DNA of 64,000 nt, taken from assembly GCA_024277435.1 (NCBI GenBank), contig JAJRVJ010000028.1:97300-161299 (forward strand), in the 5' to 3' direction. This stretch comes from Patescibacteria group bacterium (lineage in GTDB: Bacteria > Patescibacteriota > Patescibacteriia > UBA9570). Made by a program: the position numbers and the translations under genes. Each line of letters starts with the position of its first letter. The first letter of the stretch is position 1. The notes beneath the pieces were generated by a model that did not search any database, was not told the origin of the DNA, and was given only the letters and a program-made list of their open reading frames with translations. Shown here in pieces: positions 1 to 13,104 of this stretch.

Positions 1-935
1 AGCCAGTATTACTGGAAGGCACCGAACGCAATGTAATTGCCGTTATTGGTGATGAGCGCATTATGGATGAGCATGTGCTAAATGCCATGCCAGGTGTAGA
101 AAAAGTAATGCCAGTACTTGCACCATTCAAATTAGCTTCAAAAAATATTCGTGGTCAATCCACTGTTCAAATTACAGATGATATTGAGGTAGGTGGAAAA
201 CGTCTAGCTATTATGGCTGGTAATTGTGCTGTAGAAACAATTGAAACATCAATGGCTACAGCCCAAGCTGTACAGGCTGCGGGTGGCAATATCCAACGCG
301 GCGGTGCATACAAGCCACGTACTTCACCATACTCCTTTCAAGGTCTTGGTACAGAAGGTTTAGAAATTCTTACCGAGGTAAAAAAGCAAACGGGAATGCC
401 AATTATTACTGAAATTTTAGATCCTCGTCATGTAGAATCAGTGGCCGAGCACGCTGATATTATGCAGGTAGGTACCCGTAATATGCAAAATTACGAGCTC
501 TTACGTGAGCTTGGTAACATAAAAAAACCAGTATTATTGAAGCGTGGAATGTCTGCCACTATTGAAGAATTTCTTATGTCTGCTGAATATGTATTATCAA
601 GCGGGAACCCAAATGTGATTTTGTGTGAGCGCGGTATTCGCACATACGAAACAGCAACGCGTAACACATTAGATATTTCTGCTATCCCTGTATTAAAAGA
701 AATGACGCATTTACCGGTAATCGTGGATCCTTCTCATGCGGCAGGGAAGCGTGATTATGTTCCAGCCTTGGCTAAGGCAGCTATTGCCGCCGGAGCGGAT
801 GGCTTACTCATGGATGTGCATCCAGAGCCACCAAAATCTATGGTAGATCCAGATCAAGCTCTTACGTTCGATCAATTTACCGAACTAATGGAAGATATTA
901 AGAAAATTGCTGAAGCTGTTGGCCGTACTGTATAA
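1..935 (+). CDS. aroG: 3-deoxy-7-phosphoheptulonate (DAHP) synthase, type I-beta (KDO8PS-like barrel). 5' partial: the ORF is open to the window edge, and the N-terminal regulatory domain continues upstream.
   Basis: Frame-3 ORF with no stop back to position 3. DAHPS/KDO8PS-like barrel sequence (KPRTSPYSFQG, VIVDPSHAAG). First gene of the aromatic operon. Confidence 0.8.
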   Translation, partial: PVLLEGTERNVIAVIGDERIMDEHVLNAMPGVEKVMPVLAPFKLASKNIRGQSTVQITDDIEVGGKRLAIMAGNCAVETIETSMATAQAVQAAGGNIQRGGAYKPRTSPYSFQGLGTEGLEILTEVKKQTGMPIITEILDPRHVESVAEHADIMQVGTRNMQNYELLRELGNIKKPVLLKRGMSATIEEFLMSAEYVLSSGNPNVILCERGIRTYETATRNTLDISAIPVLKEMTHLPVIVDPSHAAGKRDYVPALAKAAIAAGADGLLMDVHPEPPKSMVDPDQALTFDQFTELMEDIKKIAEAVGRTV

Positions 936-953
936 GCCAGTATCCTAAGATAT

Positions 954-2429
954 ATGTTTTACCGGCGCACCGTACAACCATTACCATATCATCAACCTCT
1001 GGAGACGTTTGAACGGTTTCCAGAGGTTGTGCCGGGATTTCTATTGGAATCAGCAGATATTGCTCCCATTTACGGGCGCTTAAGTGTAATGAGTATTGAT
1101 CCGCCGCTGGAAGTTATTGGTAAAGATACAGAATTTACTATTCGGGCACTAAATAGACATGGTGACGTATTGCTAGCTACGCTAACTAAGGATTTATTTC
1201 CATTTGCTAACTCTATTTCATTAAGTACTACTGAAATTACTGGAACCGTAGAGCGCTCAATGGAGTTAATTGATGAAGGAAAACGTCAGCAACAAGATAA
1301 TATTTCCTCAGTAATTCGTATGCTATTGGAGCACTTCAAAACCACCGATTCATTTATGGGTTTGTATGGTGCTTTTAGCTATGATTTTGTACGATTGTTC
1401 GAGGATTTACCTAATCAACATGAAGTAATAGACGTTCCAGATTTTCATTTATACTTACCAGATATTCTGTATGTCTATGATCATCTCAAAGAAACAGCGG
1501 AGCTACGATACTATGATGTTTCAGAAACACTATTAGAGGATAGGTTAGGGGAGTTGCCGCAAGCCAAAGCCGAAAAGAAATTTGCTGTATCGGATTTACA
1601 ATCGAATTATTCGCAAGATGAATTCGAGCAAGGAGTTATTAAGGCGCAGAAGTACATGAAGCAAGGTGATATATTTGAAGTAGTGTTATCTCGTCAATTT
1701 ACTGGAGATTTTAATGGCTCAACTGTTGAGGTATATAAACGCTATCGTGATGCCAATCCATCGCCGTATATGTTTTATTTTCGATTTGGTAAACAGCCAG
1801 ACCAAACTACAGTACTTGGAGCGTCCCCAGAAATGTTTGTACGCGTTGAAGATAATACAGTGATGACTCGGCCAATTTCTGGAACCGCTCGGCGCAGTGA
1901 TGATCCACTAGAAGATTATCAAAATATGATGAATCTATTAAATAGTGTAAAAGAAAAATCTGAGCTTGATATGTTAATTGATCTAGCCCGTAATGATGTG
2001 TCGCGGGTATGTACGTCTGGCATAGAAGTAAGTGATTATCGTTATGTTGAAAAATATTCAAAAGTAATGCATACCATTGCCCATGTGCAAGGCAGTTTAG
2101 ACACAGAACAGTACTCTGCATTTGATGCATTTATTGCATGTTTAAATGCCGGTACGCTTACAGGTGCGCCAAAAATTCAAGCAATGAAGGTTATTGAAGA
2201 GCTCGAGCCAAAGCGTCGTGGATATTATGGAGGAAATGTTGGATACCTTACATTTAATAATGAATTGAATACCGGTATAATTATTCGCTCGGCAGTAATA
2301 AAGAATGGTACAATTCAAACTCAAGCTGGCGCTACATTATTATATGATTCTCAGCCAGAAGCTGAATATAGAGAAACCGAACATAAGGCTGCAGCGATAC
2401 TATCAATTATGAATACCCAGTCTACATAA
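954..2429 (+). CDS. trpE: anthranilate synthase component I
   Basis: 491 aa. Motifs LIDLARNDVSRVC, GAPK, RGYYGG. Immediately followed by trpG. Confidence 0.9.
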   Translation: MFYRRTVQPLPYHQPLETFERFPEVVPGFLLESADIAPIYGRLSVMSIDPPLEVIGKDTEFTIRALNRHGDVLLATLTKDLFPFANSISLSTTEITGTVERSMELIDEGKRQQQDNISSVIRMLLEHFKTTDSFMGLYGAFSYDFVRLFEDLPNQHEVIDVPDFHLYLPDILYVYDHLKETAELRYYDVSETLLEDRLGELPQAKAEKKFAVSDLQSNYSQDEFEQGVIKAQKYMKQGDIFEVVLSRQFTGDFNGSTVEVYKRYRDANPSPYMFYFRFGKQPDQTTVLGASPEMFVRVEDNTVMTRPISGTARRSDDPLEDYQNMMNLLNSVKEKSELDMLIDLARNDVSRVCTSGIEVSDYRYVEKYSKVMHTIAHVQGSLDTEQYSAFDAFIACLNAGTLTGAPKIQAMKVIEELEPKRRGYYGGNVGYLTFNNELNTGIIIRSAVIKNGTIQTQAGATLLYDSQPEAEYRETEHKAAAILSIMNTQST

Positions 2430-2434
2430 ATTCT

Positions 2435-3076
2435 ATGAAGCAGAATATCAGAACACAATCTAAAGAAAAAATCCCCGCAGAAAAGAATACATCAAAGAAT
2501 GTTGTAGTAATTGATAATTTTGATTCATTCACATTTAATTTGGTTGATTATTTTAAACAAGCCGGAGCAGAACTTACTGTATATAGAAACGCTGCGGCTA
2601 TATAAACAATCGAAGATCTTCAACCTGATCTTATTGTGTATTCCCCGGGACCTGGTAATCCGCAGCAGGCTGGTAACGTACTGCAATACATTACACATTT
2701 TGCAGGGAAGATTCCACAATTTGGTGTATGTTTAGGGATGCAAGCTATGATTGAAGCGTTTGGCGGAACATTACGAGTGCTTGATGAGCCAGTGCACGGT
2801 AAAGCTTCGGCTGTTCAGCATGATGGAAAAGGTATTTTTAAAGATCTATCAAATCCAATGGAGGTTGGTCGTTATCATTCATTAGCTGCTAAAGTAATGC
2901 CGGAAAACTTTGAAATATCAGCCACAACTGTAGATAGAGATAATGATAAAGTAGTGATGGCCATTCGTCATAACACACTTCCTATAGTTGGTGTGCAGTT
3001 TCATCCAGAGTCTATCCTTACATATAAAGATCAAGCTGGTTTGCAAATGATTCATAATGTAATGAGTAGTATTTAG
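2435..3076 (+). pseudogene. trpG: Anthranilate synthase component II / glutamine amidotransferase (TrpG), interrupted by an in-frame TAA at 2603-2605. It is otherwise full length with no frameshift.
   Basis: ATG 2435 gives MKQNIRTQ...NVVVIDNFDSFTFNLVDYFKQAGAELTVYRNAAAI, then TAA, then TIEDLQPDLIVYSPGPGN...GVCLGMQ...HPES, all in one frame. The stop aligns to a sense (Leu/Glu-like) position of TrpG/PabA. Confidence 0.75.
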
Positions 3077-3078
3077 TT

Positions 3079-4062
3079 ATGGAAAAAGTATTACGCGCAA
3101 TTCAGCAGGGTGAAACCCTTACGCAACAACAAGCTGAAGCTGCAATGGACACAATGATGTCTGGCAAGGCAGATCCTATTCAAGCTGGTGCATTATTAAT
3201 GGCATTAGCAACTCGCGGAGAAACTGCCGATGAAGTAATTGGTATGTTGCGTAGTATGCGCAAGCATATGACCACCATTGATTTAGAAGTTCCGGTATTA
3301 GATACCTGCGGTACAGGAGGGGATGGCATGAATACATTTAACATTTCTACAGCTGTTGCCTTAGTATGCGCCGCTCTTGGTGTGGCCGTAGCTAAACATG
3401 GTAATCGCGCTGCTAGTTCTAAATGTGGTAGCGCAGATATTCTAGAAGCACTTACTATTCCTATTGAGCTGACTGGTGATGCTGCTAAAAAATATTTTTC
3501 TAATAATAATTTTGTGTTTCTTTATGCACGCAAATATCATGCAGCTATGAAACATTTAGCACCTATCCGCAAGGCATTAGGGGTTCGTACTATTATTAAT
3601 TTTCTTGGACCACTTTCTAATCCCGCTCAGGCTAAACATCAGCTTGTAGGTGTATCTGATCCACTAAAAGCTTAAATTATTGGCCAGGCATTAATCGAGT
3701 TAGGTTCGCAACATGCCATTATTGTGTATAGTGATGATGGTTTAGATGAGGCGAGTATTGCGGCACCTACCTCGGTGCTAGAAATGACACCAACCGATAC
3801 GAAGCGCTATCGTATTGAGCCGCGCACAATGTATACCATTGAAGAGATTCGAGGCGGTGATCCAGAGCATAATGCTGAAATAATGAAGCAATTAGCTGAC
3901 GGCAAAGGTTCGGCTGCATTAATTGAAGTGGTGGCAATGAACGCTGGTCTAGCGTTGCTGGCTGCTGACGCTGTATCTTCTTATGAAGAAGGTAAGCTTC
4001 AGGCAGAACAATTATTACGATCACATAAGTTATCTGATATTCTCAATAAAATGCAACAATAA
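3079..4062 (+). pseudogene. trpD: Anthranilate phosphoribosyltransferase (TrpD), interrupted by an in-frame TAA at 3673-3675. Both halves are in the same frame and conserved.
   Basis: N-terminal part carries the GTGGDG motif. ...VGVSDPLKA, then TAA, then IIGQALIELGSQHAIIVYSDDGLDEAS... The stop aligns to the conserved Leu of the VLPIAE region. Confidence 0.75.
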
Positions 4063-4066
4063 CCAT

Positions 4067-4855
4067 ATGGTCGGAACATTTCTTGATACAATGTATGAAT
4101 ATAAAGTAGAGGAAGTGATGCAACGTAAGCAACAGAAATCACTTATTGATTTGAAGCAGGAAGTGGTAGATTATTCTGTTGAAGGACGTGATTTTGTTGC
4201 CAGCCTTCAAGCATCTGCACAACAACCTGCTATTATTGCAGAATTCAAAATGGCTTCACCAAGTATGGGTGCGATTGCGCCGCAAGCTAATTTGGCGGCG
4301 GTTGTTAAATCGTACGCTGCTAATGGTGCAGCAGCAATTTCGGTACTTACCGATGAAGATTTTTTTCAAGGCTCACTTACAAATCTCACAGAAGCAAAAT
4401 CACACACCACATTACCGATATTGCGAAAAGATTTTATTGTAGACGAATATCAGGTGTATGAATCTGCTGTGGCCGGAGCCGATGCATTATTATTAATTAC
4501 CAGCATGTTAAGCGCAGAAAAATTGAGTACATTAGCGAGGTTGGCACGTGAGTTAGATATGCAGATTCTTATTGAGGTGCATGCTATAGAGGAGATTGAG
4601 CGCGCTGTGCAAGCGCATCCAGATATGTTGGGGATTAATAATCGAAATCTCCACACTATGGATGTTAATTTGCAAACATTTGCAGATTTAATAAAACACG
4701 TTCCAGATGATATGATAGTTATTGCTGAATCGGGAATATATACGGCAGATGATCTTACTTTTGTTAAAAAAGCGGGAGCGCATGCAGCGTTAATTGGTAC
4801 CAGCCTTATGAAGGCTACGGATCCTGGAAAGCAACTTGCAGAATTATGTCGGTAA
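4067..4855 (+). CDS. trpC: indole-3-glycerol phosphate synthase
   Basis: ATG at 4067, 4 nt after the trpD stop. Motifs VLTDEDFFQGS, ILRKDFIVDEYQ, GINNRNL. Confidence 0.85.
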   Translation: MVGTFLDTMYEYKVEEVMQRKQQKSLIDLKQEVVDYSVEGRDFVASLQASAQQPAIIAEFKMASPSMGAIAPQANLAAVVKSYAANGAAAISVLTDEDFFQGSLTNLTEAKSHTTLPILRKDFIVDEYQVYESAVAGADALLLITSMLSAEKLSTLARLARELDMQILIEVHAIEEIERAVQAHPDMLGINNRNLHTMDVNLQTFADLIKHVPDDMIVIAESGIYTADDLTFVKKAGAHAALIGTSLMKATDPGKQLAELCR

Positions 4856-5475
4856 CATCTCCTCAAGTAAAAATTTGTGGTATCACCAATCGGGAAGATG
4901 CCTTGATGGCTGCCAAATTAGGCGCGGACTATTTAGGGTATATTCTTAATTATCCAAGCAGTCCACGATTTGTAGAACCGAGTCGTGCGAAAGGAATTAT
5001 TCAAGAGATCCGTCGTGAATATCCACGCGTGCAACATGTTGGCGTAGTAGTGGATGCAGATGCACATAGTATTAATCAGTTGGTTACAGGACTTGGCTTG
5101 CAGGTTGTGCAATTACATGGCAACGAGCCATTAGATACAGTACAAGCGATACAAGGCGCAGAAGTATGGAAGGCTGTTGAATTACGTAATGCCAGTGGCT
5201 TACAAGCTATCGCCAAGTATAGAGATGTTGCTGATGGAATTCTTTTAGATTCAGGGAAGGGAACTGGCAAATCTATATCTGATCATTTATTGAGCAATGT
5301 AAAATTGCGAACTAAATTCATCTTGGCCGGTGGCATTACCCCAGATAATGTAACGAGAATCGTGAATGCATATGATCCAGATGTAGTTGATGTGAATTCT
5401 GGAGTTGAATCTGCGCCAGGAAAAAAGGACGCAGCCTTAGTGATGCGAATATTTCTAGCATTAGAAACAGTATGA
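4846..5475 (+). CDS. trpF: phosphoribosylanthranilate isomerase
   Basis: 209 aa with KICGIT N-terminus. Start overlaps the trpC stop (translational coupling). Confidence 0.85.
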   Translation: MSVTSPQVKICGITNREDALMAAKLGADYLGYILNYPSSPRFVEPSRAKGIIQEIRREYPRVQHVGVVVDADAHSINQLVTGLGLQVVQLHGNEPLDTVQAIQGAEVWKAVELRNASGLQAIAKYRDVADGILLDSGKGTGKSISDHLLSNVKLRTKFILAGGITPDNVTRIVNAYDPDVVDVNSGVESAPGKKDAALVMRIFLALETV

Positions 5476-6695
5476 AGATTCCGAAAACATTATTTTTTAA
5501 AACTCAATTTGATGCTGATAAACAAGGGCATTTTGGAGAATTTGGTGGTAGATATGTACCAGAGATGCTTATTCCTGCCTTAGATGAATTGAATGCAGCT
5601 TACGAAGAAGCTAAGCATGATTCAGTTTTTATTCAACAAGTATTAGATTTATACAAACACTATATTGGCAGGCCATCAGCACTCTATTTTGCAGAACGGT
5701 TAACAGCTAAGTTGGGTGGCGCTAAAATATATTTAAAAAATGAAGGCCTTAATCATACTGGCGCGCATAAGATTAATCATTGCGTAGGCCAGGCCCTTCT
5801 GGCGCAGCGCATGAATAAAAAGCGGTTAATTGCAGAAACTGGTGCTGGCCAACATGGTGTGGCCACTGCAACAGTTGCCGCGAAGTTTGGATTTGCATGC
5901 ACGGTGCATATGGGAGAAGTAGATATGGAGCGCCAGGCGCCAAATGTGCAATTAATGAAGCAGCTCGGCGCTGAGGTGATTCCTGTAAAAGAAGGGAACC
6001 GAACATTGAAAGATGCGGTAACCAGTGCTATCCAAGATTGGATGGGTGATCCGGAAGATGCATATTATTTACTTGGCTCGGCGCTTGGACCACACCCATA
6101 TCCAACGATGGTACGTGATTTTCAAAGTATTATTGGAATGGAGATTGCTGAACAATTACAGGAGCGTGAAGGTGTAGGTGTGTTGCCAAATTACTTGGTA
6201 GCCTGTGTTGGCGGCGGCAGTAATGCCATCGGAATGTTTAATGCATTCTTAGATGTACCAGAAGTGCAACTAATTGGCGTAGAGGCGGGTGGCACAGATA
6301 TTTATACACCTGGCCAGCATGCTACACGCTTAGCCAGCACGCCGCAATTAGGAGTGGTAGAGGGGTATAAATCATACTTCTTGCAAGATGAGCATGGTAA
6401 TGTAGAAGCAACACACAGTATATCAGCCGGATTAGATTATGCTGGTATTGGCCCGCAACATGCATATCTGCACTCGGTGGGTCGGGTGCGGTACGAATCG
6501 GCTTCTGATAATGAGGCTCTTAATGCTGTGAAGACTACGAGTCATTTAGAGGGTATTATTCCAGCCTTAGAATCTGCCCATGCAATTGCGTACGTTATGC
6601 GTTTAGCTCCAACGCTTGTGCCAGATGAAATTGTGGTAGTGAATGTATCTGGTCGCGGTGATAAAGATCAACATATTTTGAAACAGTATCTATAA
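5472..6695 (+). CDS. trpB: tryptophan synthase beta chain
   Basis: 407 aa. Motifs GGRYVPE, HTGAHKINH, GGGSNAIG. ATGA overlap with trpF. Confidence 0.92.
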   Translation: MKIPKTLFFKTQFDADKQGHFGEFGGRYVPEMLIPALDELNAAYEEAKHDSVFIQQVLDLYKHYIGRPSALYFAERLTAKLGGAKIYLKNEGLNHTGAHKINHCVGQALLAQRMNKKRLIAETGAGQHGVATATVAAKFGFACTVHMGEVDMERQAPNVQLMKQLGAEVIPVKEGNRTLKDAVTSAIQDWMGDPEDAYYLLGSALGPHPYPTMVRDFQSIIGMEIAEQLQEREGVGVLPNYLVACVGGGSNAIGMFNAFLDVPEVQLIGVEAGGTDIYTPGQHATRLASTPQLGVVEGYKSYFLQDEHGNVEATHSISAGLDYAGIGPQHAYLHSVGRVRYESASDNEALNAVKTTSHLEGIIPALESAHAIAYVMRLAPTLVPDEIVVVNVSGRGDKDQHILKQYL

Positions 6696-6697
6696 AT

Positions 6698-8476
<1,779 letters not shown>

Positions 8477-8493
<17 letters not shown>

Positions 8494-10249
8494 AGCTAAA
8501 AAAACTGATCCAGTAACACCGCTGGCAAAGCCAATTAAATATTCTATCGCGGTACCTGGTTCAAAATCGTTGATGAATCGAGCGCTTATTTGTGCTGCCC
8601 TTGGTAAAGGGAAGTCTGTATTACGTAATCCAATATATTGTGATGATACGAATTACATGATGAACGCTTTAGAAAAATTAGGCGTACGTATTGTGAAAAA
8701 ACCTAATGCTGTATGGATATATGGTAAAGGTGGAAAGTTTACATCGCCACAGCGGCCATTGCATTTAGGAAATGCTGGAACTACAACCAGATTTCTTATA
8801 CCACTCGTTCCGGCCGGAACTATCGTTACCGGAAACAAGCATATGCAAAAACGGCCCCTTACCGATTTGCTCAAGGCTTTAGAAACATTAGGATATATTT
8901 ATGAAACAGAAACTGGTTGTCCGCCAGTAAAAATAGTTTCACGTAATCAAGCAACAAGTACAATTACCATCAAGGGTACGATGAGTAGTCAGTATATATC
9001 AGCATTATTGATGTTGGCTCCTACATTGCAAAAACGCTTAACCATCAACGTATCTGGTACGTTGGTTTCAAAACCATACGTAGCAATGACACTGCAAGTG
9101 ATGAAGGAATTTGGGATCAAGGTAACCAATAAAAATTTCAAACAATTTACAATTCAACCACAGACATATACTCCAACTACCTATGAAGTTGAGGGTGATG
9201 CGAGTAGCGCAACATATTGGTGGGCCTTAGCCGCTATTAGTGGAAGTACTATTACCGTTACGAATGTTCCTGAAGATACATTACAGCCAGATCGTGATAT
9301 TTTACGTGTGTTGGAAAAAATGGATTGTCGGGTAGAGGGTAATACCGTGATTGGACCAGTTACTTCCCCCAACGCCGTGGAAGTAAGTATGCGGCACATG
9401 CCTGATGCAGTGATGAGTGTGGCAATGGTAGCAGTCTGTGCGCGTGGTACCACAGTATTAAAGCAGATTGCGCATTTAGCAATTAAAGAAACGAACCGAT
9501 TAACAGTATTAGCTGATAATCTCAAGAATCTAGGAGTAAAGGTTAAGGTAACAAAAGATAGAATTGAAATAACTGGCCAGCCTAAGAAGTGGAAAAGGGG
9601 AGTGATTGCTACACACGATGATCATCGGTTTGCTATGGCATTTGGGATACTAGGTTTAGTACAGCCTGGAATTACTATTGATACACCAGCCTGCGTACGA
9701 AAAAGCTACCCAACATTTTGGAACGATCTACGTAGTATTCAGCGCCATAGTAAGGATCAAACCATTGTTCTTACTGGTATGCGTGGCTCAGGAAAAAGCA
9801 CATTAGCCAAACATTTGGCGAAGAAATACACTGCTACGTTAATTGATCTTGATAACGAAATTGAAAAAGAGTTAGGCATGACAATTAATCAGTTCATCGA
9901 TAAAAATCCATCTACGGGCTGGAAGGGCTTTCGTAAAGTAGAACGAGAGCTTACTAAAAAGTTTTCAAATCAAAAAAATACTATCATTGCTACCGGCGGA
10001 GGCACATTGATGTTTGATGAAAATTATGCTATTATAAAGCATAATTACATCGTATTTTTGAATTCACCATTAGCGGTGTTGAAGAAACGATTGGTGCAAG
10101 ATAGCAATAAACGCCCTGCGCTTTTACATGACACGCTTAAAGAATTAGGAAGTATCTGGCAGGAGCGTAAAAGCCAATATTATTTTGTGGCCGACCAAAT
10201 CTTTGACATGTATTACGTACACAAAGATGATCGCAGTTACTTTAACTAA
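8477..10249 (+). CDS. aroA: bifunctional 3-phosphoshikimate 1-carboxyvinyltransferase (EPSP synthase) fused to a C-terminal shikimate kinase
   Basis: 590 aa. EPSPS motifs LHLGNAGTTTRFL and KETNRL. C-terminal P-loop GMRGSGKST with shikimate-kinase-like tail. Confidence 0.85.
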
Positions 10250-11519
10250 TCCAAAACTTCTCAAGCTTGCGAATGCAACTCAAGCGGACTTTATTGAGAT
10301 ACGAACTGATCTTTATCCGAAAGCTAATTTTACAAATTTGTTAAACCGGTGTGAGAAGCCGGTTATTTTTACAATCAAGTCTGCACAAACTGTACTGCTC
10401 GATCATATTGATTCACCCAAAGTGAAGTATGTAGATATTGATTATCGTTTACACCGGTTGATTAGGGATTTTCGTACACTACGCCCTAAGCGTACAAAAT
10501 TAATTGTGTCGTATCACGATTACAAGGAAACCCGTTCTTGGAAAGAGTTGTCAGAACGTGTAACAAAATTACGCACACTCAAGCCAGACGTTATCAAAAT
10601 CGCTACAATGATTGAAGAGTTTGATGATTTGCACATCACGATGCGGCTACAAAAAAAATTAAAGAACAAAGGTATTGTTATTGGAATGGGGGACCTTGGT
10701 ATTATGTCGCGCATTTATAATAAGTCACTATTAACGTATGCACGGCTTAATGTAAAAACCACCGCAGCCCCTGGTCAGTTAACTGTTGATGAATTAAAGA
10801 GCATGCAACTGTATGGATTGGCTGGTCATAGAATTCAAGAGAGCTTAAGCCCTGTAATGCATAATGCAGCGTTTGAGCATTTTAAAATCCCGCATCTGTA
10901 TCAATTATGGGATACCACTGACGCTAAGAAGTTTATGGAGGTATTTAATTTCTTTGAACTTCCTGGGGCTTCTGTAACCATGCCGTTCAAACATGATGTG
11001 ATGCCGTATCTTGATAAAATAGATGTACATGCAAAAAAAATAGGGGCGGTGAATACACTAGTTCGCAAAGGTAACAAGATTATTGGATATAATACAGATT
11101 GGCTTGGTGTAAGAACAGCCTTAAAAGGAAAATTAAAAAATAAAAAGGTACTTATTCTTGGTTCTGGTGGTGCGGCAGCCGCGGTTTATTATGCGGCTAA
11201 AAAAAATCATGCTACATCTGTAAATATGCTTACGCGTCATGAAATGCCAACTGAAGAGGATGACTACGATGTGCTTGTAAATGCAACTCCTGTATACGAT
11301 ATGGTGCTAGTCCCAGAGGATTCGTTATATAGCAAAGTGGTTATGGATTGCAACTATGGTAAACCAACAGTTTTACTTAGGCAGGCAACACAAAAATCGC
11401 ATAAAGTAATTAACGGTTTACCAATGCTATTGCATCAAGGTGTAGAGCAGTTTACACTATGGACCGGTAAAAAAATGCCCGTCCGCAAAATAGAACAGTT
11501 ACTTAAAATATCACAATAA
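10227..11519 (+). CDS. aroE: bifunctional type I 3-dehydroquinate dehydratase / shikimate 5-dehydrogenase (AroD-AroE fusion)
   Basis: ATG 10227 (MIAVTLTNP) overlaps the aroA end. N-terminal DHQase-I-like, C-terminal SDH motifs (SLSPVMHNAAF, GAVNTL, NTDWLG, GSGGAA). Confidence 0.8.
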   Translation: MIAVTLTNPKLLKLANATQADFIEIRTDLYPKANFTNLLNRCEKPVIFTIKSAQTVLLDHIDSPKVKYVDIDYRLHRLIRDFRTLRPKRTKLIVSYHDYKETRSWKELSERVTKLRTLKPDVIKIATMIEEFDDLHITMRLQKKLKNKGIVIGMGDLGIMSRIYNKSLLTYARLNVKTTAAPGQLTVDELKSMQLYGLAGHRIQESLSPVMHNAAFEHFKIPHLYQLWDTTDAKKFMEVFNFFELPGASVTMPFKHDVMPYLDKIDVHAKKIGAVNTLVRKGNKIIGYNTDWLGVRTALKGKLKNKKVLILGSGGAAAAVYYAAKKNHATSVNMLTRHEMPTEEDDYDVLVNATPVYDMVLVPEDSLYSKVVMDCNYGKPTVLLRQATQKSHKVINGLPMLLHQGVEQFTLWTGKKMPVRKIEQLLKISQ

Positions 11520-11526
11520 CAGTATT

Positions 11527-12516
11527 ATGGCGGCAGGAAATACAATAGGAACAGCATTTCGTTTAACTACTTGGGGTGAATCGCACGGCAAGGCTATTGG
11601 TGGTGTAGTGGATGGATGTCCAGCAGGAATTGAATTGACTGAAGCAGATATTCAAGTAGATTTAGATCGCCGTCGTCCTGGACAAAGTAGCATTACCACT
11701 GCTCGTAAAGAGCTAGATATCGTGGAAATTCTTTCCGGTGTATTTGAAGGTAAAACTACTGGCACACCAATTAGTTTGATTATTCATAATCAAGATCAGC
11801 GCTCAAAGGATTATAAAGATATTAAAGATAATTATCGCAAAGGCCATGCCGATGAAGTGTATGATTTAAAGTATGGTTTTCGTGACTATCGTGGCGGTGG
11901 AAGAGCCAGTGCCCGTGAAACGGCGATGCGTGTAGCCGGTGCAGCAATTGCAAAAAAAGTATTACCAAGCAAATTAAATGTAATCGCTCATTCTAAACAA
12001 ATTCAAGATGTTGTAGTAGAGAATCCAGATTTTTCTGTAATTGAAGATAATCCTGTACGAGCAGCTGATGCGGCGAAGGCAGAGGAGATGGTTGCACTTA
12101 TTAAAGAGGCGAGTCGTTCTAAGAATTCTCTTGGAGGCATTATTGAAATAATTGTACAGAACTGTCCAGTTGGTTTGGGTGAGCCTGTGTTTGATAAATT
12201 GAAAGCCGATTTTGCAAAGGCGCTACTCAGTATTCCAGCTGTAGTTGGTTTTGAATATGGTCAGGGCTTTGCTGTTGCCCATCTACAAGGTAGCGATAGT
12301 AACGAAATGGAAGCTGGTATGTACGGTGGAATTTCAAATGGCCAGGATATGGTTATGCGCATTGCACTTAAACCAACTGCTTCTATTGATGTGGGTGGAC
12401 GACACGACCCATGCTTATTACCACGGGCAGTGCCTATATGCGAGGCTATGGTGAATTTAGTATTGGGTGATCATTATCTACGTAATCAATCTACTCGTTT
12501 TGATAAGCTATCATGA
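11527..12516 (+). CDS. aroC: chorismate synthase
   Basis: 329 aa. Motifs TTWGESHG, GGGRASARETA. Confidence 0.9.
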   Translation: MAAGNTIGTAFRLTTWGESHGKAIGGVVDGCPAGIELTEADIQVDLDRRRPGQSSITTARKELDIVEILSGVFEGKTTGTPISLIIHNQDQRSKDYKDIKDNYRKGHADEVYDLKYGFRDYRGGGRASARETAMRVAGAAIAKKVLPSKLNVIAHSKQIQDVVVENPDFSVIEDNPVRAADAAKAEEMVALIKEASRSKNSLGGIIEIIVQNCPVGLGEPVFDKLKADFAKALLSIPAVVGFEYGQGFAVAHLQGSDSNEMEAGMYGGISNGQDMVMRIALKPTASIDVGGRHDPCLLPRAVPICEAMVNLVLGDHYLRNQSTRFDKLS

Positions 12517-12534
12517 GAGCAACTAATAATACGT

Positions 12535-13104
12535 ATGAACGAGCACGATAAATTAGTAGGAGGAGAGGCTATCGAGCAGGGCATCAAGCCAATGGAGCTA
12601 ACGAGAGATGAGAGAGCAGTGTTAGTGGAGATGGATTTTAATGTGAATAATACTGTTACGGTACATGAAACCAGTATTGAATTTTGGACACTTCAAGAGG
12701 ATGATAATTTTAAGCCAAACTTAGAAGTACCTCTTACACAGATTCGGCTTGCAAATGAAAGGATTAGTCTAGCTATCGAGCGTATTGCAGCGGCTCTGCC
12801 AAAGCTTCAGGTCCACACTAATCCAGTTATTAGAGCATTACATCAACCTGTAGCAAATACTCTATCTATATTGCGGCGCGTTCATACTATTGGTATGGAG
12901 CTTGAAGTAAATATGGCCGCAAACCTTGAGTTTGAATATAGTGAAACATCTCCATTGGTAAGTAAATTTAATGGGTTTGCAGAAGAGTTACAGGCGTTAA
13001 TGATATCTGTGGAATCTGATATGATGGCGGTACAAAATAACTCAGCCTATAAAGCATATAGAGATCGCGGTGAATCATTACGTGGTACAATAGAATGGAT
13101 ATGA
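12535..13104 (+). CDS. Hypothetical protein embedded in the aromatic operon. No recognisable family.
   Basis: 189-aa ORF between aroC and pheA, same strand, overlapping the pheA start by 10 nt. Host-like codon usage. Confidence 0.55.
   Translation: MNEHDKLVGGEAIEQGIKPMELTRDERAVLVEMDFNVNNTVTVHETSIEFWTLQEDDNFKPNLEVPLTQIRLANERISLAIERIAAALPKLQVHTNPVIRALHQPVANTLSILRRVHTIGMELEVNMAANLEFEYSETSPLVSKFNGFAEELQALMISVESDMMAVQNNSAYKAYRDRGESLRGTIEWI

Noticed and set aside
935-960. Possible DAHP synthase-TrpE read-through fusion (the TAA at 933-935 is in frame with trpE, 6 codons apart)
   Set aside because: Coincidental shared frame. trpE has its own start context, and the DAHP synthase C-terminus ends where homologues end.
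1807-2324. Minus-strand ORFs inside trpE (1807-2130, 2142-2324) and similar antisense ORFs inside other genes (for example 3767-4024, 4450-4866, 9181-9525)
   Set aside because: They are fully embedded antisense to well-conserved genes and have no motifs. They are typical AT-rich-genome shadow ORFs.
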